Origin: Eubacteriales bacterium
GTDB taxonomy: Bacteria; Bacillota; Clostridia; Oscillospirales; CAG-272
Assembly: GCA_045577415.1 (NCBI GenBank)
Contig: JAZNII010000131.1
Span: 1 to 54,546 of the forward strand
Length of the DNA: 54,546 bases
Direction: 5' to 3'
Shown here: positions 18,909-29,945 of the stretch, piece after piece
Layout of the letters: the number at the start of each line of letters is the position of its first letter
Position numbering within the stretch: the stretch's first letter is position 1
The notes under the pieces: generated by a model
What the model was told of the DNA's origin: nothing
Databases searched by the model: none
What the model saw: the letters and a program-made list of their open reading frames with translations, nothing else
Program-made: the position numbers and the translations under genes

Positions 18909-20306
18909 ATGAAAAAGAGAATAGCTTTATTTCTTACGGCGGCTTTGACGGTTCTGGCGCTCTCATCTTGTAGCGCGATAGAGGGCTTAGTTGATTCTTT
19001 TATGGACGCTCTCGGTCTTAACGAGGTTGAAAACAACCTTTTCAATGAAGGCTTGCTCCCCGTGAAAATGGAAGATGAGTATGGATATGTGGATAAAGAT
19101 GGCAATTTTGTTATCGTGGCGGAGTATGACAGCGCATTGCCTTTTGCCGATGGCTATGCTTTGGTGGAGCGAAACGATGAGATCAGCATTATTGACCCTG
19201 AAGGAGAGGTTCTTGCCTCGTTTGACGATGATTCGTCTGTTTATCTTTCGGGATATGCCGAGATTATGGTCGAAGTTATGTTCGAAATGGATTACGATTT
19301 TGACAGCTCCTTGCACTTAATGCTGGAGGACGATCTGTACGGATACTGCGATGCGGAGGGTAATGTAGTTATATCTCCTCAATTTGAAATTGCATTTCCT
19401 TTTCAAAAAGATGTAGGGCTTGCACTGGTCGCTTTCGACTACGATGAATACGGTTACATCAATCAAGATGGCGAAACGGTATTCAGAGCGAATTCGGATC
19501 TGAGCATCATTTTGCGACAGAGCTGCTTCTTTACAGAAGGCTTGGCGCCTGTTTGCGACGACGGCAAGTGGGGATACATAGATAACAGCGGCGAATATGT
19601 GGTCAATCCTCAATATGACTACGCATCCAACATCAAAGAGGGATTTGGAGTTGTAATGATGGCAGAAAAATTCGGCTATATAGGCGCTGACGGTAAAATG
19701 GCTGTCCAGCCTCAGTTTGATTATGCCGCAGATTTCTCGGACGGTATGGCGAGAATTAAACTTGACGGAAAGTATGGATACATCAACGACGAGGGTAAGT
19801 ATGTCGTGAGTCCCGGTTACACGGATGCGAGAGATTTCCACGAGAACTATGCCGCTGTCAGAGCGGGTGATAGTTGGGGCTTCATAACCAAGACGGGAGA
19901 TCTGCTCGTCAATCCGAGATATGGATACGACTCTGTAGGTGATTTTGTCAACGGCGGCGCTTGGGTAGAAGAAAACGGTGTTTACGGATATGTTAACTCT
20001 TCCGGAAAGCAGATAGTTGATCCTCAGTTCAAGGAAGTGGCAGATTTCGCCAAGAACGGTCTTGCGGCAGTGCTTGTTGATGATAAATACGGTTACGTCG
20101 ATCTTAGCGGTGAAGGTGCTATTCAGCCGATATTCGACGCAGTTCCCAATTCCTACGGATATAGTCTTCCTGACGGATGTACATTTTTTGATGACGGATA
20201 CGCGGTGGCGTATTCCGACGGCAAATACGGAGTTATCGATGAGGATGGCATTTATGTTATCAGCCCTCTCTTTGATGAGATAGTTCTTCCCGATAAAATT
20301 TGGTAA
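18909..20306 (+). CDS. WG-repeat lipoprotein
   Basis: Lipobox LSSC; repeats FxEGLAxVxxxGKWGYIDxxG. Confidence 0.88.
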   Translation: MKKRIALFLTAALTVLALSSCSAIEGLVDSFMDALGLNEVENNLFNEGLLPVKMEDEYGYVDKDGNFVIVAEYDSALPFADGYALVERNDEISIIDPEGEVLASFDDDSSVYLSGYAEIMVEVMFEMDYDFDSSLHLMLEDDLYGYCDAEGNVVISPQFEIAFPFQKDVGLALVAFDYDEYGYINQDGETVFRANSDLSIILRQSCFFTEGLAPVCDDGKWGYIDNSGEYVVNPQYDYASNIKEGFGVVMMAEKFGYIGADGKMAVQPQFDYAADFSDGMARIKLDGKYGYINDEGKYVVSPGYTDARDFHENYAAVRAGDSWGFITKTGDLLVNPRYGYDSVGDFVNGGAWVEENGVYGYVNSSGKQIVDPQFKEVADFAKNGLAAVLVDDKYGYVDLSGEGAIQPIFDAVPNSYGYSLPDGCTFFDDGYAVAYSDGKYGVIDEDGIYVISPLFDEIVLPDKIW

Positions 20307-20336
20307 TAAATAATAAATCGAGCCTCGGCTCCATTT

Positions 20337-20367
20337 ACCCGCTTGCGCTTTGCGCAGGCGGGTTTTT
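20337..20367 (+). terminator. terminator
   Basis: ACCCGCTTGCGC-ttt-GCGCAGGCGGGT TTTT. Confidence 0.7.
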
Positions 20368-20530
20368 CTACACCTAAACATTATATGGAAATTATTGTAA
20401 GAACTTGAAAAGAATTGTAAAAAGTCATCAAATCGATGATTTTTGAGGTTGAACTAGGCATAAAATCACACAAAAAGAGAAAAAACATTTAAAAAACTGA
20501 ACGATTTATCTTTATTTTTAAAAATACCTC

Positions 20531-20608
20531 TTGATTAATTTGTCAGTGTATATTATAATATTAACATCGCAGTGGTGAGAAATGGAGCAAAAGTAGAGAA
20601 ATATGGTG
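20531..20608 (+). promoter_or_regulatory. mraZ promoter and MraZ-binding repeats
   Basis: TTGATT-17bp-TATAAT then GTGGTG, ATGGAG, GTAGAG, ATGGTG at 10-11 bp spacing (GTGG[A/T]G-like). Confidence 0.65.
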
Positions 20609-20667
20609 AACATTTCGCTGTTGACTCCAATGCTTTCAACACTGCAAGCGGGAAAGGAGGTATTTCT

Positions 20668-21090
20668 ATGTTTACGGGTGAATTTGAACATAGTGTTGAT
20701 TCTAAAAATCGAATATTCGTCCCCTCTAAATTCAGAGACGAGCTTGGAGAGACGTTTATGGTAGTTCGTGACATTCGCGGTCCCATTCTCAAGATGTATT
20801 CGCTTGACGGATGGCAGGAATATCTCGCTCCCATAAGAACGCAGGAAAGACGCGTTGCCGAAAAGGTGCTTCGTTATCTTCACAGAAACGCGGCGCAGGT
20901 ATCTCCCGACTCTCAGGGAAGAATTATTCTTTCTCCATCGCTTCTGTCCTATGCCGAGATCGAAAAAGAAGCCGTAGTGGTGGGATGCAGCGATTACTGC
21001 GAGATCTGGTCACTTAAGAATTACAGAGCCGAGATCGAGGGCGAGGATGCCGACGAGATCCGCGCGGAGCTTGAAAGATTGGGGCTTTGA
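20668..21090 (+). CDS. mraZ: division/cell-wall cluster repressor MraZ
   Basis: [28 protein letters not shown]; AGGAGG RBS. Confidence 0.93.
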   Translation: MFTGEFEHSVDSKNRIFVPSKFRDELGETFMVVRDIRGPILKMYSLDGWQEYLAPIRTQERRVAEKVLRYLHRNAAQVSPDSQGRIILSPSLLSYAEIEKEAVVVGCSDYCEIWSLKNYRAEIEGEDADEIRAELERLGL

Positions 21091-21092
21091 CG

Positions 21093-22040
21093 ATGGAGAA
21101 AAAAATAAATTTTTCACACCGTTCGGTGTTGCTTGACGAATGTATCGAGGCGCTCTGCATAAAGCCTGACGGTATTTACGTTGACGGCACAGCGGGCGGA
21201 GGCGGTCACTCGCTTGAAATAGTCAAAAGGCTTAACGCGGGCGGAAGGCTGATCGCCATTGACCGTGACGACGCGGCGATCGCGGCGGCGACAGAGCGAC
21301 TTCGCGACTTCAGCGATCGGGTAACGTTTGTAAGAAATAATTTTTCGTCTATAAAAGAGAGCTGCGAGATGCTTGGAGTTGACAAGATCGACGGAGTCCT
21401 GCTTGATCTTGGCGTTTCGTCCTATCAGCTCGACACTCCCGAGCGCGGTTTTACTCACAATACCGACGCACCACTTGACATGCGAATGGACAGGCGAAAC
21501 GAGCTTGATGCCTACACGGTAGTCAATACCTACAGCGCCGATCAGCTCAAAAGGGTCATATACAACTACGGAGAGGAGCGATTTGCCCCTAAGATCGCGG
21601 CGGCGATCGTCAAATTCCGTGAAAAGGAAGAAATAAAGACCACGGGTCAGCTCGTGGATATAATAAAGAGCGCTATCCCCGCGGCGGCGAGGGAGGGCGG
21701 TCACCATCCCGCAAAGAGAACCTTTCAGGCGATACGCATTGAGGTCAACGGCGAGCTTGATGCTATCGAGCCGACTATAAGGGATGCGGTGAAAATACTA
21801 AATCCCCGTGGAAGGGTGGCTATAATCACCTTCCATTCTCTGGAGGATAGAATAGTCAAGCAGACATACGCGGATCTGGCAAGCGGATGCAACTGTCCGA
21901 GATCGTTGCCGGTGTGCGTTTGCGGACGAAAACCTCAAGTAAACGTGATCACAAGAAAGCCGATACTTCCGAGTGAAGTCGAGCTTGAAGAAAATCCGCG
22001 CTCAAGAAGCGCAAAGCTCCGCGTAGCGGAGAAAATATAA
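21093..22040 (+). CDS. rsmH: 16S rRNA m4C1402 methyltransferase
   Basis: Hx[38 protein letters not shown]. Confidence 0.96.
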   Translation: MEKKINFSHRSVLLDECIEALCIKPDGIYVDGTAGGGGHSLEIVKRLNAGGRLIAIDRDDAAIAAATERLRDFSDRVTFVRNNFSSIKESCEMLGVDKIDGVLLDLGVSSYQLDTPERGFTHNTDAPLDMRMDRRNELDAYTVVNTYSADQLKRVIYNYGEERFAPKIAAAIVKFREKEEIKTTGQLVDIIKSAIPAAAREGGHHPAKRTFQAIRIEVNGELDAIEPTIRDAVKILNPRGRVAIITFHSLEDRIVKQTYADLASGCNCPRSLPVCVCGRKPQVNVITRKPILPSEVELEENPRSRSAKLRVAEKI

Positions 22041-22102
22041 GGCAAACGGCGCGCGTTCATCGTCGAATGTAGTCGATTGCCCGAGAAAAACGGAGGAAGT
22101 CG

Positions 22103-22975
22103 ATGAAAAAGACGGGAGCGAGAGTCGCTGCCGCCATGGCGGAGCCTATGACGGGAAGTTATGGCGGTATAGACATCGGAGCGCTGTATATTGATATGCT
22201 CTGCGAAAAATTCAAAAATCGCGGCATCAAGACCGGACTTTCAGCAGAAAGAAGCGCAGAAATACGTAAAAACGCGGAAATGCTGGGAATCGAGTTTGAA
22301 AGCGTATCTGCAAAGGACGACAAATACAGAACTATGAAAATAGACGGCAAGGCTTATATGAGTTCAGACGACTTTGCCGCTTATTATAAAGATCTCAGAG
22401 GCTACAAAATGCCGCACTTCTACTCTCGCGCGGAAAAGGAGTATGAAGAAGCGGAGGCGGGTAAAAGTGTGCAGGAATCGGGTAAACCGCCAAAAAAAGC
22501 TTTGTGGCTTGCCATAAAAAGACGCACTAAAATTCTTGTGAGCGGATTTGTCAAGGGATTTATCGTTGACGAGGTCCGCAAGCAGTTTGAGGAGGAAGTG
22601 GTAGAGGGAAAAAGAAAAAGATTTCCCAAGTCAGTCCTTCCTGTGCTGGCGGTAGTGACCTTGTCGCTTCTGCTTGTGGTGTGCAGTTCGGTTATGGTAA
22701 GCCGCGCCTCGGGTGACATTAGCAAGCTCGAATATCAGATCGAGCAGCTTCAGGAGTCCAAAAAGGATCTTGAAGGAAAGCTGGTTGAGAAAAATAATAT
22801 GCTTGACATCCAAAGGATCGCGATCGAGGAGTATAATATGATCAACGGCAGCTATGCTACGTCAAAATTTCTCGACGTTACCGAAGATGAAGAAATAAAG
22901 CTTTTCGATAAGGGTAACGGCGAAGATTCTTTTTTGAAAACGATTTTGAAGGCGATCGGTCTTGTGTCCGATTGA
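22103..22975 (+). CDS. FtsL-like protein with long N-terminal extension
   Basis: Position between rsmH and PBP; single TM followed by a leucine-zipper coiled coil. Confidence 0.6.
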   Translation: MKKTGARVAAAMAEPMTGSYGGIDIGALYIDMLCEKFKNRGIKTGLSAERSAEIRKNAEMLGIEFESVSAKDDKYRTMKIDGKAYMSSDDFAAYYKDLRGYKMPHFYSRAEKEYEEAEAGKSVQESGKPPKKALWLAIKRRTKILVSGFVKGFIVDEVRKQFEEEVVEGKRKRFPKSVLPVLAVVTLSLLLVVCSSVMVSRASGDISKLEYQIEQLQESKKDLEGKLVEKNNMLDIQRIAIEEYNMINGSYATSKFLDVTEDEEIKLFDKGNGEDSFLKTILKAIGLVSD

Positions 22976-23103
22976 CCGCGACAACAGTCGGGCGTCTTAC
23001 CGTTCTTTTTAGGGACGAATTGCTCTCTCCCGCCGAGTACGACTTGTACAAATGGGCGACGCAGTTCGCCCCTAAAATGATTTTTAGGGGTTATTTTAAG
23101 GTA

Positions 23104-23130
23104 ATAACTCGCATATACAAGACATATACT
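23104..23130 (+). promoter_or_regulatory. putative sigma-E promoter for spoVD-like PBP
   Basis: ATA-16bp-CATATACT. Confidence 0.35.
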
Positions 23131-23143
23131 GATGTGAAAATCT

Positions 23144-23240
23144 TATTTGGACAAAGCTCAAAAAAGGCTTTATCCGTATAGAAATTTCTATTTGGAAAAG
23201 GCTCAAAAAGGGCTTTATCCGTATAGAAAATGCTTATTTG
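23144..23240 (+). repeat. 45-bp tandem duplication
   Basis: TATTTGGAnAAnGCTCAAAAAnGGCTTTATCCGTATAGAAA twice plus a partial third copy running into the RBS. Confidence 0.85.
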
Positions 23241-23255
23241 AAAGGAGAGATTATT

Positions 23256-25727
23256 ATGGAAGGCGGAACGCCCGGCAAAAAAGTAAGGTCGCGGGCAGGC
23301 TGGTTATGTATAATAATGAGCGTGCTGTTTTTAGTCCTTGCTTTGAGAATATTTATATATCAGACCTTTCAGTTCGACGATTTTCAGCAAAAGGTAATAG
23401 ATCAGATAACTCAGGAGACCACGGTAAGCGCTGACCGAGGAAATATATACGACACCAACGGAATAGTTATCGCTACCAACGTGACCACCTACCGTCTTTT
23501 TCTTGACCCTGCGGCAATAAGCAGAAAGAGTCAGGAGGACGGAGTTGACTATGCCGACCTCATCGCCAAGGGAATAGAGGCGATAGATACTCTCGGTGTC
23601 AGCTACGACGCGGTAATGAAAGAGGCAGGGTACACAAAATACAAGGACAGAACTCTTGCCAGAAACATAAGCGAGGTCGAAGCCGATGCCGTTAGAGCCT
23701 TTATGCTTGAAAGCGAAATAGACGACATGGCGCTTTTGCACCTTCAAGCCACAAGCATGAGATATTATCCTTATAACGAGCTTGCCTGTCATGTTCTCGG
23801 CTTTACGGGAGGAGACGGCGAGGGACTTTACGGTCTTGAATATCAATACGACGAGATACTTTCGGGAACAGACGGAAAGTACATCGGAGCCAAAGACTCC
23901 TTCGGAAACGAGCTTGTTTACGATTACGAAAGCTACATTCCCGCTATCGACGGTTATAATATTACTACTACCATAGACGTATACATTCAGGCGGAGCTTG
24001 AGGAGCAGCTCAAGACCACCTACCACGAGTCGGGCGGAAAGAACCGCGCCTGCGGAATAGTTATGGACTGTGAGACGGGAGCAATACTCGCTATGGCGGT
24101 CTATCCCAACTACGACTTGAACGATCCCAGAGAATTGAATTATCAATGTCAGGCTATCTGGCAGGAGGCGTGCGCCAAGCTGAAGTCCTGCAATTTTAAG
24201 GAGGGCAGCGAGGAATATAAGCAATATGCCCTTGAGCTTTTCTGCGGTGCGACAGATCAAAAGGCAAGTCAGGTCAAGGAGACCTTCCCCGACTACGACA
24301 CATTTGAAGAAAAGCTTAAAATGGAGCTTATGATGGGTTCATGGCTCAACAAGGCGGTCAACGAAATGTACATGCCCGGATCTACCTTTAAGGTCATAAC
24401 CGCGGCTATGGCGTACGAGGAAAATCTCGTCAATGACAACGACAACAGCTTCGTCACATGTACGGGATCGCAAACCGTTTTGGGACAAAAGATCCACTGT
24501 CACTATCACAAGGGTCACGGAAGCGTATCCTTCGCTCGCGGACTTCAGCAGTCCTGCAATCCCGCTCTTATGACCATGGGCGCTAAGATAGGCGCTGAAA
24601 GATACCTTAATTATTTTGAGACCTTCGGATATTTTGAAAAGAGCGGTATAGATATTTCTGGAGAGAGCGTTACTACCAAGGGCGTTACCTTCTGGAGCGA
24701 GGAGGATTTTGTGGAATCGTCGCTCAGCGATCTGAACCTTGCGGTGGCATCCTTTGGTCAGAACTTCAAAATATCTCCCATAGCTCACCTTACCGCTATC
24801 AACGCGGTGGCAAACGGAGGCTATCTCGTAACACCTCATTTTATTAAAGAGATCACCGATAACGAGGGCAACGTTATCTATTCGTACGAAACCAATATTC
24901 GCCGTCAGGTCATAAGCGAGGCGACCTCAAGAAAGGTCTCGGCTGTCCTTGAGGACGGCGTTTCGGGTGACGGCGGCGCGAAAAACGCTTACGTCGCGGG
25001 ATACAGAGTTGCGGCAAAGACCGGAACCAGTGAAAAAAAGGATACAAAGCGCGAGGGTTATATCCCTTACGTTTGCTCGACCGTTGGATACGCGCCTGCG
25101 GAGGATCCCAAAATTTCGACCCTTATTTTAGTTGACGAGCCTACCGAGGGCGTGCTTTACGCAAGTACGATCGCCGCACCTTACGTCGGCAATCTGCTTG
25201 AAGAAATATTGCCGTACTACGGAGTTGAAGCCGAGTATAGCGAGGAGGATCTGAACAAGCAGACCATCACCGCTCCCTTCCTTATACAGAGCGGAGTGCA
25301 GGGCGCTACCGAATTTGCTCAGAATATGGGCTTTAAGGTCGAGGTAATCGGTAACGGCGAAAGGGTAAAGGCTCAATCTCCTGCGCCGGGAAGTCAGCTT
25401 GAGCGAGGCTCGGCTACTATCTATCTCTACACCACCGACGAGGCGGTGAATGACAGAAAGACGGTCAAGGTCCCCGATCTTGTCAGCGAAAAGACCACCG
25501 CGTATGCGGCTAACGGAACACTGCTCAATCTCGGACTTAACATCAAGATAACGGGAACCAAGAACTACATGACAGGTAAGGGCGCTTACGTTGTGGCGCA
25601 GGATATAGCACCCGGAACCGAGGTGCCTGTCGGAACGGTCATAAACGTGACCTTCAGACATCTTGACGACGACGGAGATTACGACTACGACAACGATTAT
25701 TCATGGGACGAGGGAAACGACGGATAG
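23256..25727 (+). CDS. class B penicillin-binding protein (SpoVD/FtsI type) with PASTA domains
   Basis: RGNIYD, PGSTFK, SCN, KTGT motifs. Confidence 0.92.
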   Translation: MEGGTPGKKVRSRAGWLCIIMSVLFLVLALRIFIYQTFQFDDFQQKVIDQITQETTVSADRGNIYDTNGIVIATNVTTYRLFLDPAAISRKSQEDGVDYADLIAKGIEAIDTLGVSYDAVMKEAGYTKYKDRTLARNISEVEADAVRAFMLESEIDDMALLHLQATSMRYYPYNELACHVLGFTGGDGEGLYGLEYQYDEILSGTDGKYIGAKDSFGNELVYDYESYIPAIDGYNITTTIDVYIQAELEEQLKTTYHESGGKNRACGIVMDCETGAILAMAVYPNYDLNDPRELNYQCQAIWQEACAKLKSCNFKEGSEEYKQYALELFCGATDQKASQVKETFPDYDTFEEKLKMELMMGSWLNKAVNEMYMPGSTFKVITAAMAYEENLVNDNDNSFVTCTGSQTVLGQKIHCHYHKGHGSVSFARGLQQSCNPALMTMGAKIGAERYLNYFETFGYFEKSGIDISGESVTTKGVTFWSEEDFVESSLSDLNLAVASFGQNFKISPIAHLTAINAVANGGYLVTPHFIKEITDNEGNVIYSYETNIRRQVISEATSRKVSAVLEDGVSGDGGAKNAYVAGYRVAAKTGTSEKKDTKREGYIPYVCSTVGYAPAEDPKISTLILVDEPTEGVLYASTIAAPYVGNLLEEILPYYGVEAEYSEEDLNKQTITAPFLIQSGVQGATEFAQNMGFKVEVIGNGERVKAQSPAPGSQLERGSATIYLYTTDEAVNDRKTVKVPDLVSEKTTAYAANGTLLNLGLNIKITGTKNYMTGKGAYVVAQDIAPGTEVPVGTVINVTFRHLDDDGDYDYDNDYSWDEGNDG

Positions 25728-25816
25728 CATTTTCCGACTTCCGCTTCGTCTGCTCCGCATTTTTTCAGCCAAAGAAAAATATAATGTCTTGATACTTATA
25801 TTTTTCGGAGGTAAGG

Positions 25817-27340
25817 ATGCGTCTTACAGAATTACTTAAAAGTTTAAATTCGGTCTCAGGTGGCGGTACGGATGCCGCGATGGATGTTGAGATCACGGGA
25901 ATTTGTCCCGATTCGTCGCGCGTGGAGCCGGGCAACCTCTATATAGCAATAGAGGGGCTTCACGCCGACGGAAACGCTTATATACCCGAGGCAATAAAAA
26001 GAGGTGCCGTCGCCGCGGTGCTATCGAGGCGAGCGGTAAATGAAGGCAGAGTCGATGTGGAAAATACTCTCATTCCAATTATCGTCTGCGAAAACACGCG
26101 AAAGATAATGTCCTATCTTTTCGCAGCGTGGTATTCTGAACCACACAAAAACTTGAAAATGATCGGGGTGACGGGGACTAACGGAAAGACCTCGGTCAGC
26201 CGCTTGATATATGAAATATTGACTCGCTCGGGGAAAAAATGCGCCTTGATCGGAACTACGGGCTGCAGAACACATTTGAGAGAGATCTCTATAAGAAGTC
26301 GAAATCCCGAGGCGAATATGACCACACCCGACCCCGAGGAGCTTTACGCGATCTTAAGTGAGGTGGCAGAGGACGGATGCGAATACGCGATCATGGAGGT
26401 CACGTCCCACGCCCTTGTCTTTGATAAGGTCGCTCCCATAACCTTTGAGGTGTCGGTCTTTACTAATCTTACGGAGGATCATCTTGATCTTCACAAAAAT
26501 ATGGAGAGCTATTTTGCCTCCAAATCAAAGCTGTTTAGTCAGAGCCGACGGGCGGTGATAAATTACGATGACAGATACGGCAGAATTCTTGCCGATAACA
26601 TAAATATACCCGCAACGCTTTGCACGGCAGAGTGCCGCGAGACGGGCTGCGCCGCCGAGGACATCCATCTTTACGGAGAGCGCGGGATAGAATACAAGCT
26701 TACTCACCCCGATCTGCGGCTTCGGGTACGCTCACCGCTGCCGGGTGGTTTTAACGTGATGAATACTATGCAGGCGGCGCTGGTTGCAAGGCAACTCGGT
26801 ATCTCTGCAAAAGACATAAAGGACGGACTGGCGCATTTTTCGGGTATTGACGGCAGGCTTCAACGCTTAAGACCGCGCGAAAACGTGGAGTTTAACGTAT
26901 ATGTTGATTACGCACACACCCCCGACGCTCTTGAAAATCTTCTTCGCACTGTCAGAGGGTTCGTTACATCAGAGCAAAGAATAGTTTTGGTCTTTGGTTG
27001 CGGCGGCGACCGCGACAGAGGAAAGCGTCCTCACATGGGCAAGATAGCGGTGGAGATGGCGGATTTTGTGATAATCACCGCGGATAATAGCCGAAGCGAG
27101 AAAACGTCGGATATAATCGACGGCATATTGACAGGAATAAAAGGCTATGACGGCGCGCCGTATACGGTCATTGAGGATCGCAGGGCGGCGATTGAGTACG
27201 CTATCAAAAACGCAAGAGAAGGAGACGTCATTCTGCTTGCGGGTAAGGGACACGAGGAATACGAGATCACAAGTGACGGCAAAAGACGCTTTTGCGAGCG
27301 AGAGATCGTCACCGAGCTGATCACTAAATATTACACTTAA
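25817..27340 (+). CDS. murE: UDP-MurNAc-dipeptide:amino acid ligase
   Basis: GVTGTNGKT, MEVTSH, DYAHTPD, CGGDRD, AGKGHE. Confidence 0.95.
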   Translation: MRLTELLKSLNSVSGGGTDAAMDVEITGICPDSSRVEPGNLYIAIEGLHADGNAYIPEAIKRGAVAAVLSRRAVNEGRVDVENTLIPIIVCENTRKIMSYLFAAWYSEPHKNLKMIGVTGTNGKTSVSRLIYEILTRSGKKCALIGTTGCRTHLREISIRSRNPEANMTTPDPEELYAILSEVAEDGCEYAIMEVTSHALVFDKVAPITFEVSVFTNLTEDHLDLHKNMESYFASKSKLFSQSRRAVINYDDRYGRILADNINIPATLCTAECRETGCAAEDIHLYGERGIEYKLTHPDLRLRVRSPLPGGFNVMNTMQAALVARQLGISAKDIKDGLAHFSGIDGRLQRLRPRENVEFNVYVDYAHTPDALENLLRTVRGFVTSEQRIVLVFGCGGDRDRGKRPHMGKIAVEMADFVIITADNSRSEKTSDIIDGILTGIKGYDGAPYTVIEDRRAAIEYAIKNAREGDVILLAGKGHEEYEITSDGKRRFCEREIVTELITKYYT

Positions 27341-27386
27341 GCGAAGACACGAAAAAAGACGCAAAAATCCGAGAGAGAGGTATCCT

Positions 27387-28793
27387 ATGAAAATAAAGCT
27401 TGGTATGTCTAAATCTGATATGTCTGACGTCGCGCGCTATTGCGGCGGCGAGCTTTACGATTTTACAGGCGAGGCGGGAAACAGCTTTGAATATATCTGC
27501 ACCGATTCAAGAGAGGCTGATGAGAACACCATGTTCGTTGCCACTCGCGGTGAGAGGGTCGACGGACACGATTATATAATTAAGGCTATAGAGCAGGGTT
27601 GCCGATGCGTCCTTTGCGAGTACGTGCCTACCAACATTTCGGGTAAGAGTGTGGCTTACGTCGTGGTAGATAATTCCATAGACGCATTTGTTGACTGCGC
27701 CAGAGGCTACCGTCAGGGACGCGAGATCTTGACCGTGGCTATTACGGGCAGCGTCGGCAAGACCACCACCAAGGAGCTTTGCGCGGCTATTCTTAACAAG
27801 AAATACAACACATACTTTACACAGGGCAATTTCAACAGCGTTATCGGTATGCCGATGTCGCTTATGGAGGCGACAGGTGACCATGAGGCGGCGGTGTTTG
27901 AAATGGGAATGAGCGGCTTTGGCGAGATCAGACGTATGACCAATGCGGCAACGCCCTATGTAGGTATGGTCACGAATATCGGCTCGTCTCACCTTGAATA
28001 TCTCGGCACGAGAGAAAATATCACTCGAGCCAAGCTTGAAATAGGCGAGGGAATAGTTGACGGTGGCTATCTTTTGCTGAACGGCGACGAGCCTCTGTTA
28101 GCCGATCATTATTCTGACAGATACGATACCGTATACGTCGGCTTTGGCGAAAATTGCTCTGTCAGGATCGACAATGTGAGAGTTGACGGGAACGGAAGTT
28201 GCTTTGATCTTTATTTTGCCGACAAGTCGTTCTATGATCTCAAGATCTCGCTTATAGGTAAGCATTTTGCCTATAATGCCGCCTTTGCGGCGGTGGCGGC
28301 GCATCTTCTCGGAGCTGACGAGCGAAGTATAAGAGACGGTCTTGCTTCATACAAGGCAGGCAATATGCGAATGAATATTTATGGGAAGGACGGCGTAACG
28401 GTGCTTGCCGATTGCTACAATGCCGCCCCCGAATCGATGATGGCTGCGATAGATACGCTTTCCTCGGTTTCCGTCAAAGGGAAAAGGATCGCGGTGCTGG
28501 GAGACATGAAGGAGCTTGGCAAAAATTCCGACTCTCTTCACAGAAGCGTTGGAAAATATCTTGCCGAAAAGGGCGTTGACCTGCTCTTTACTCTTGGCGA
28601 GTCGGGCGCGCTTATTGCCGATGCGGCTATTTCGTCGGGTATGGATGAAGATCGCGCGGTATCGGTCAAAGAAGCGGACGGCAAGGAGAAGCTTGCCGCA
28701 ATTATAAAGGAAAAGCTGACGGACGGCGACGCGATCCTCTTTAAAGCAAGCCGATCGGTGAAGCTTGAGGATGTTATTAGTTTGGTATTCTGA
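27387..28793 (+). CDS. murF: UDP-MurNAc-tripeptide:D-Ala-D-Ala ligase
   Basis: TGSVGKTTTKE, EMGM, DCYNAAP, LGDMKELG, KASR. Confidence 0.95.
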   Translation: MKIKLGMSKSDMSDVARYCGGELYDFTGEAGNSFEYICTDSREADENTMFVATRGERVDGHDYIIKAIEQGCRCVLCEYVPTNISGKSVAYVVVDNSIDAFVDCARGYRQGREILTVAITGSVGKTTTKELCAAILNKKYNTYFTQGNFNSVIGMPMSLMEATGDHEAAVFEMGMSGFGEIRRMTNAATPYVGMVTNIGSSHLEYLGTRENITRAKLEIGEGIVDGGYLLLNGDEPLLADHYSDRYDTVYVGFGENCSVRIDNVRVDGNGSCFDLYFADKSFYDLKISLIGKHFAYNAAFAAVAAHLLGADERSIRDGLASYKAGNMRMNIYGKDGVTVLADCYNAAPESMMAAIDTLSSVSVKGKRIAVLGDMKELGKNSDSLHRSVGKYLAEKGVDLLFTLGESGALIADAAISSGMDEDRAVSVKEADGKEKLAAIIKEKLTDGDAILFKASRSVKLEDVISLVF

Positions 28794-28838
28794 TAAGGTG
28801 CTGAAAATCAAAAAATCAACGAGAAGGAAAGACAGACG

Positions 28839-29894
28839 ATGTTTTATAATTTCATAAATGAATTGACAAGCCTTGATTTTAATCGTATAATAGGTATAGA
28901 AGCGATAATACTTTGCTTGGCGGTATTTTTACTTACGGTATTGTCTACGAGATTGATCCTGCCCGTGCTTCGCGCAAAAAAGCTGAATCAACCGATAAAT
29001 ATGTACGTTAAGGAGCATGCAGGCAAATCGGGAACCCCCACCATGGGAGGAATTTGCTTTATAATCGCTTTTCTCACAGTCGCTCTTGTCTGGGTGATAC
29101 TTGAAAAGTGCGGCGTTATGGGAGAAAACAGCAATAAAGCGCTTATTCCTTTTGCGTTGACCCTCTGTCTTGGCGTTTCAAACGGTCTTATCGGCTTTAT
29201 TGACGACTACAAAAAGCTTGTCAAAAAGGAAAACGAGGGACTTTCAGAACTTCAGAAGCTTATACTTCAGATCACCTTTGCGGCGGCTTATCTTTGCATG
29301 ATGGGAATGACCGACAATCTTCCCACCGCGCTGAAGATACCCTTTATTAACTTTGCCCTCGACCTTGGATGGTTTGCTTATCCTCTTTATCTGTTGGTCA
29401 TGGTTGGCTTTGTCAACAGCACCAATATTACCGATGGAATCGACGGTCTTGCGTCCTCAATAGGCGCTACCGTGGCGATAGCACTTGTAGTAATGGCGGT
29501 CATAACGGGGTCAAGATATACGGGTCTTGCGGGCGCTATGCTTTTGGGCGCACTGCTCGGCTTCCTCGTGTTCAACCGTTATCCCGCAAAGATATTTATG
29601 GGTGACACAGGCTCGCTCTTTATAGGCGGAATCATTATGGGTTGCGCCGTTAGCGAGGGACAGCTCTTTTCCGTAATAATCATGTCCATGGTATTCATTT
29701 TTGAGATGCTTTCCAGCCTTTGGCAGAGAGTTTATTTCAAGATTTCAAAGGGCAAGAGATTTTTCAAAAAAGCGCCTGTTCATCACCATTTTCAACTTAT
29801 GGATTGGAGCGAGGTCAAGATAGTCGCGGTGTTTAGTGCCATATCGGCTCTGCTTTGCGCCGTAGGCGTTCTCGGAGCGGTCCTCAACTTTTAA
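28839..29894 (+). CDS. mraY: phospho-MurNAc-pentapeptide transferase
   Basis: KSGTPTMGG, GFIDD, TDGIDGL, FMGDTGS, APVHHHF. Confidence 0.95.
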   Translation: MFYNFINELTSLDFNRIIGIEAIILCLAVFLLTVLSTRLILPVLRAKKLNQPINMYVKEHAGKSGTPTMGGICFIIAFLTVALVWVILEKCGVMGENSNKALIPFALTLCLGVSNGLIGFIDDYKKLVKKENEGLSELQKLILQITFAAAYLCMMGMTDNLPTALKIPFINFALDLGWFAYPLYLLVMVGFVNSTNITDGIDGLASSIGATVAIALVVMAVITGSRYTGLAGAMLLGALLGFLVFNRYPAKIFMGDTGSLFIGGIIMGCAVSEGQLFSVIIMSMVFIFEMLSSLWQRVYFKISKGKRFFKKAPVHHHFQLMDWSEVKIVAVFSAISALLCAVGVLGAVLNF

Positions 29895-29945
29895 AGGAAG
29901 CCGAAACGGTTTTTTATCAATAAATTTTCGGAAAGGAGATCAAAA

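Noticed and set aside
23144-23240. Possible CRISPR array
   Set aside because: Adjacent tandem units with no unique spacers and no cas genes
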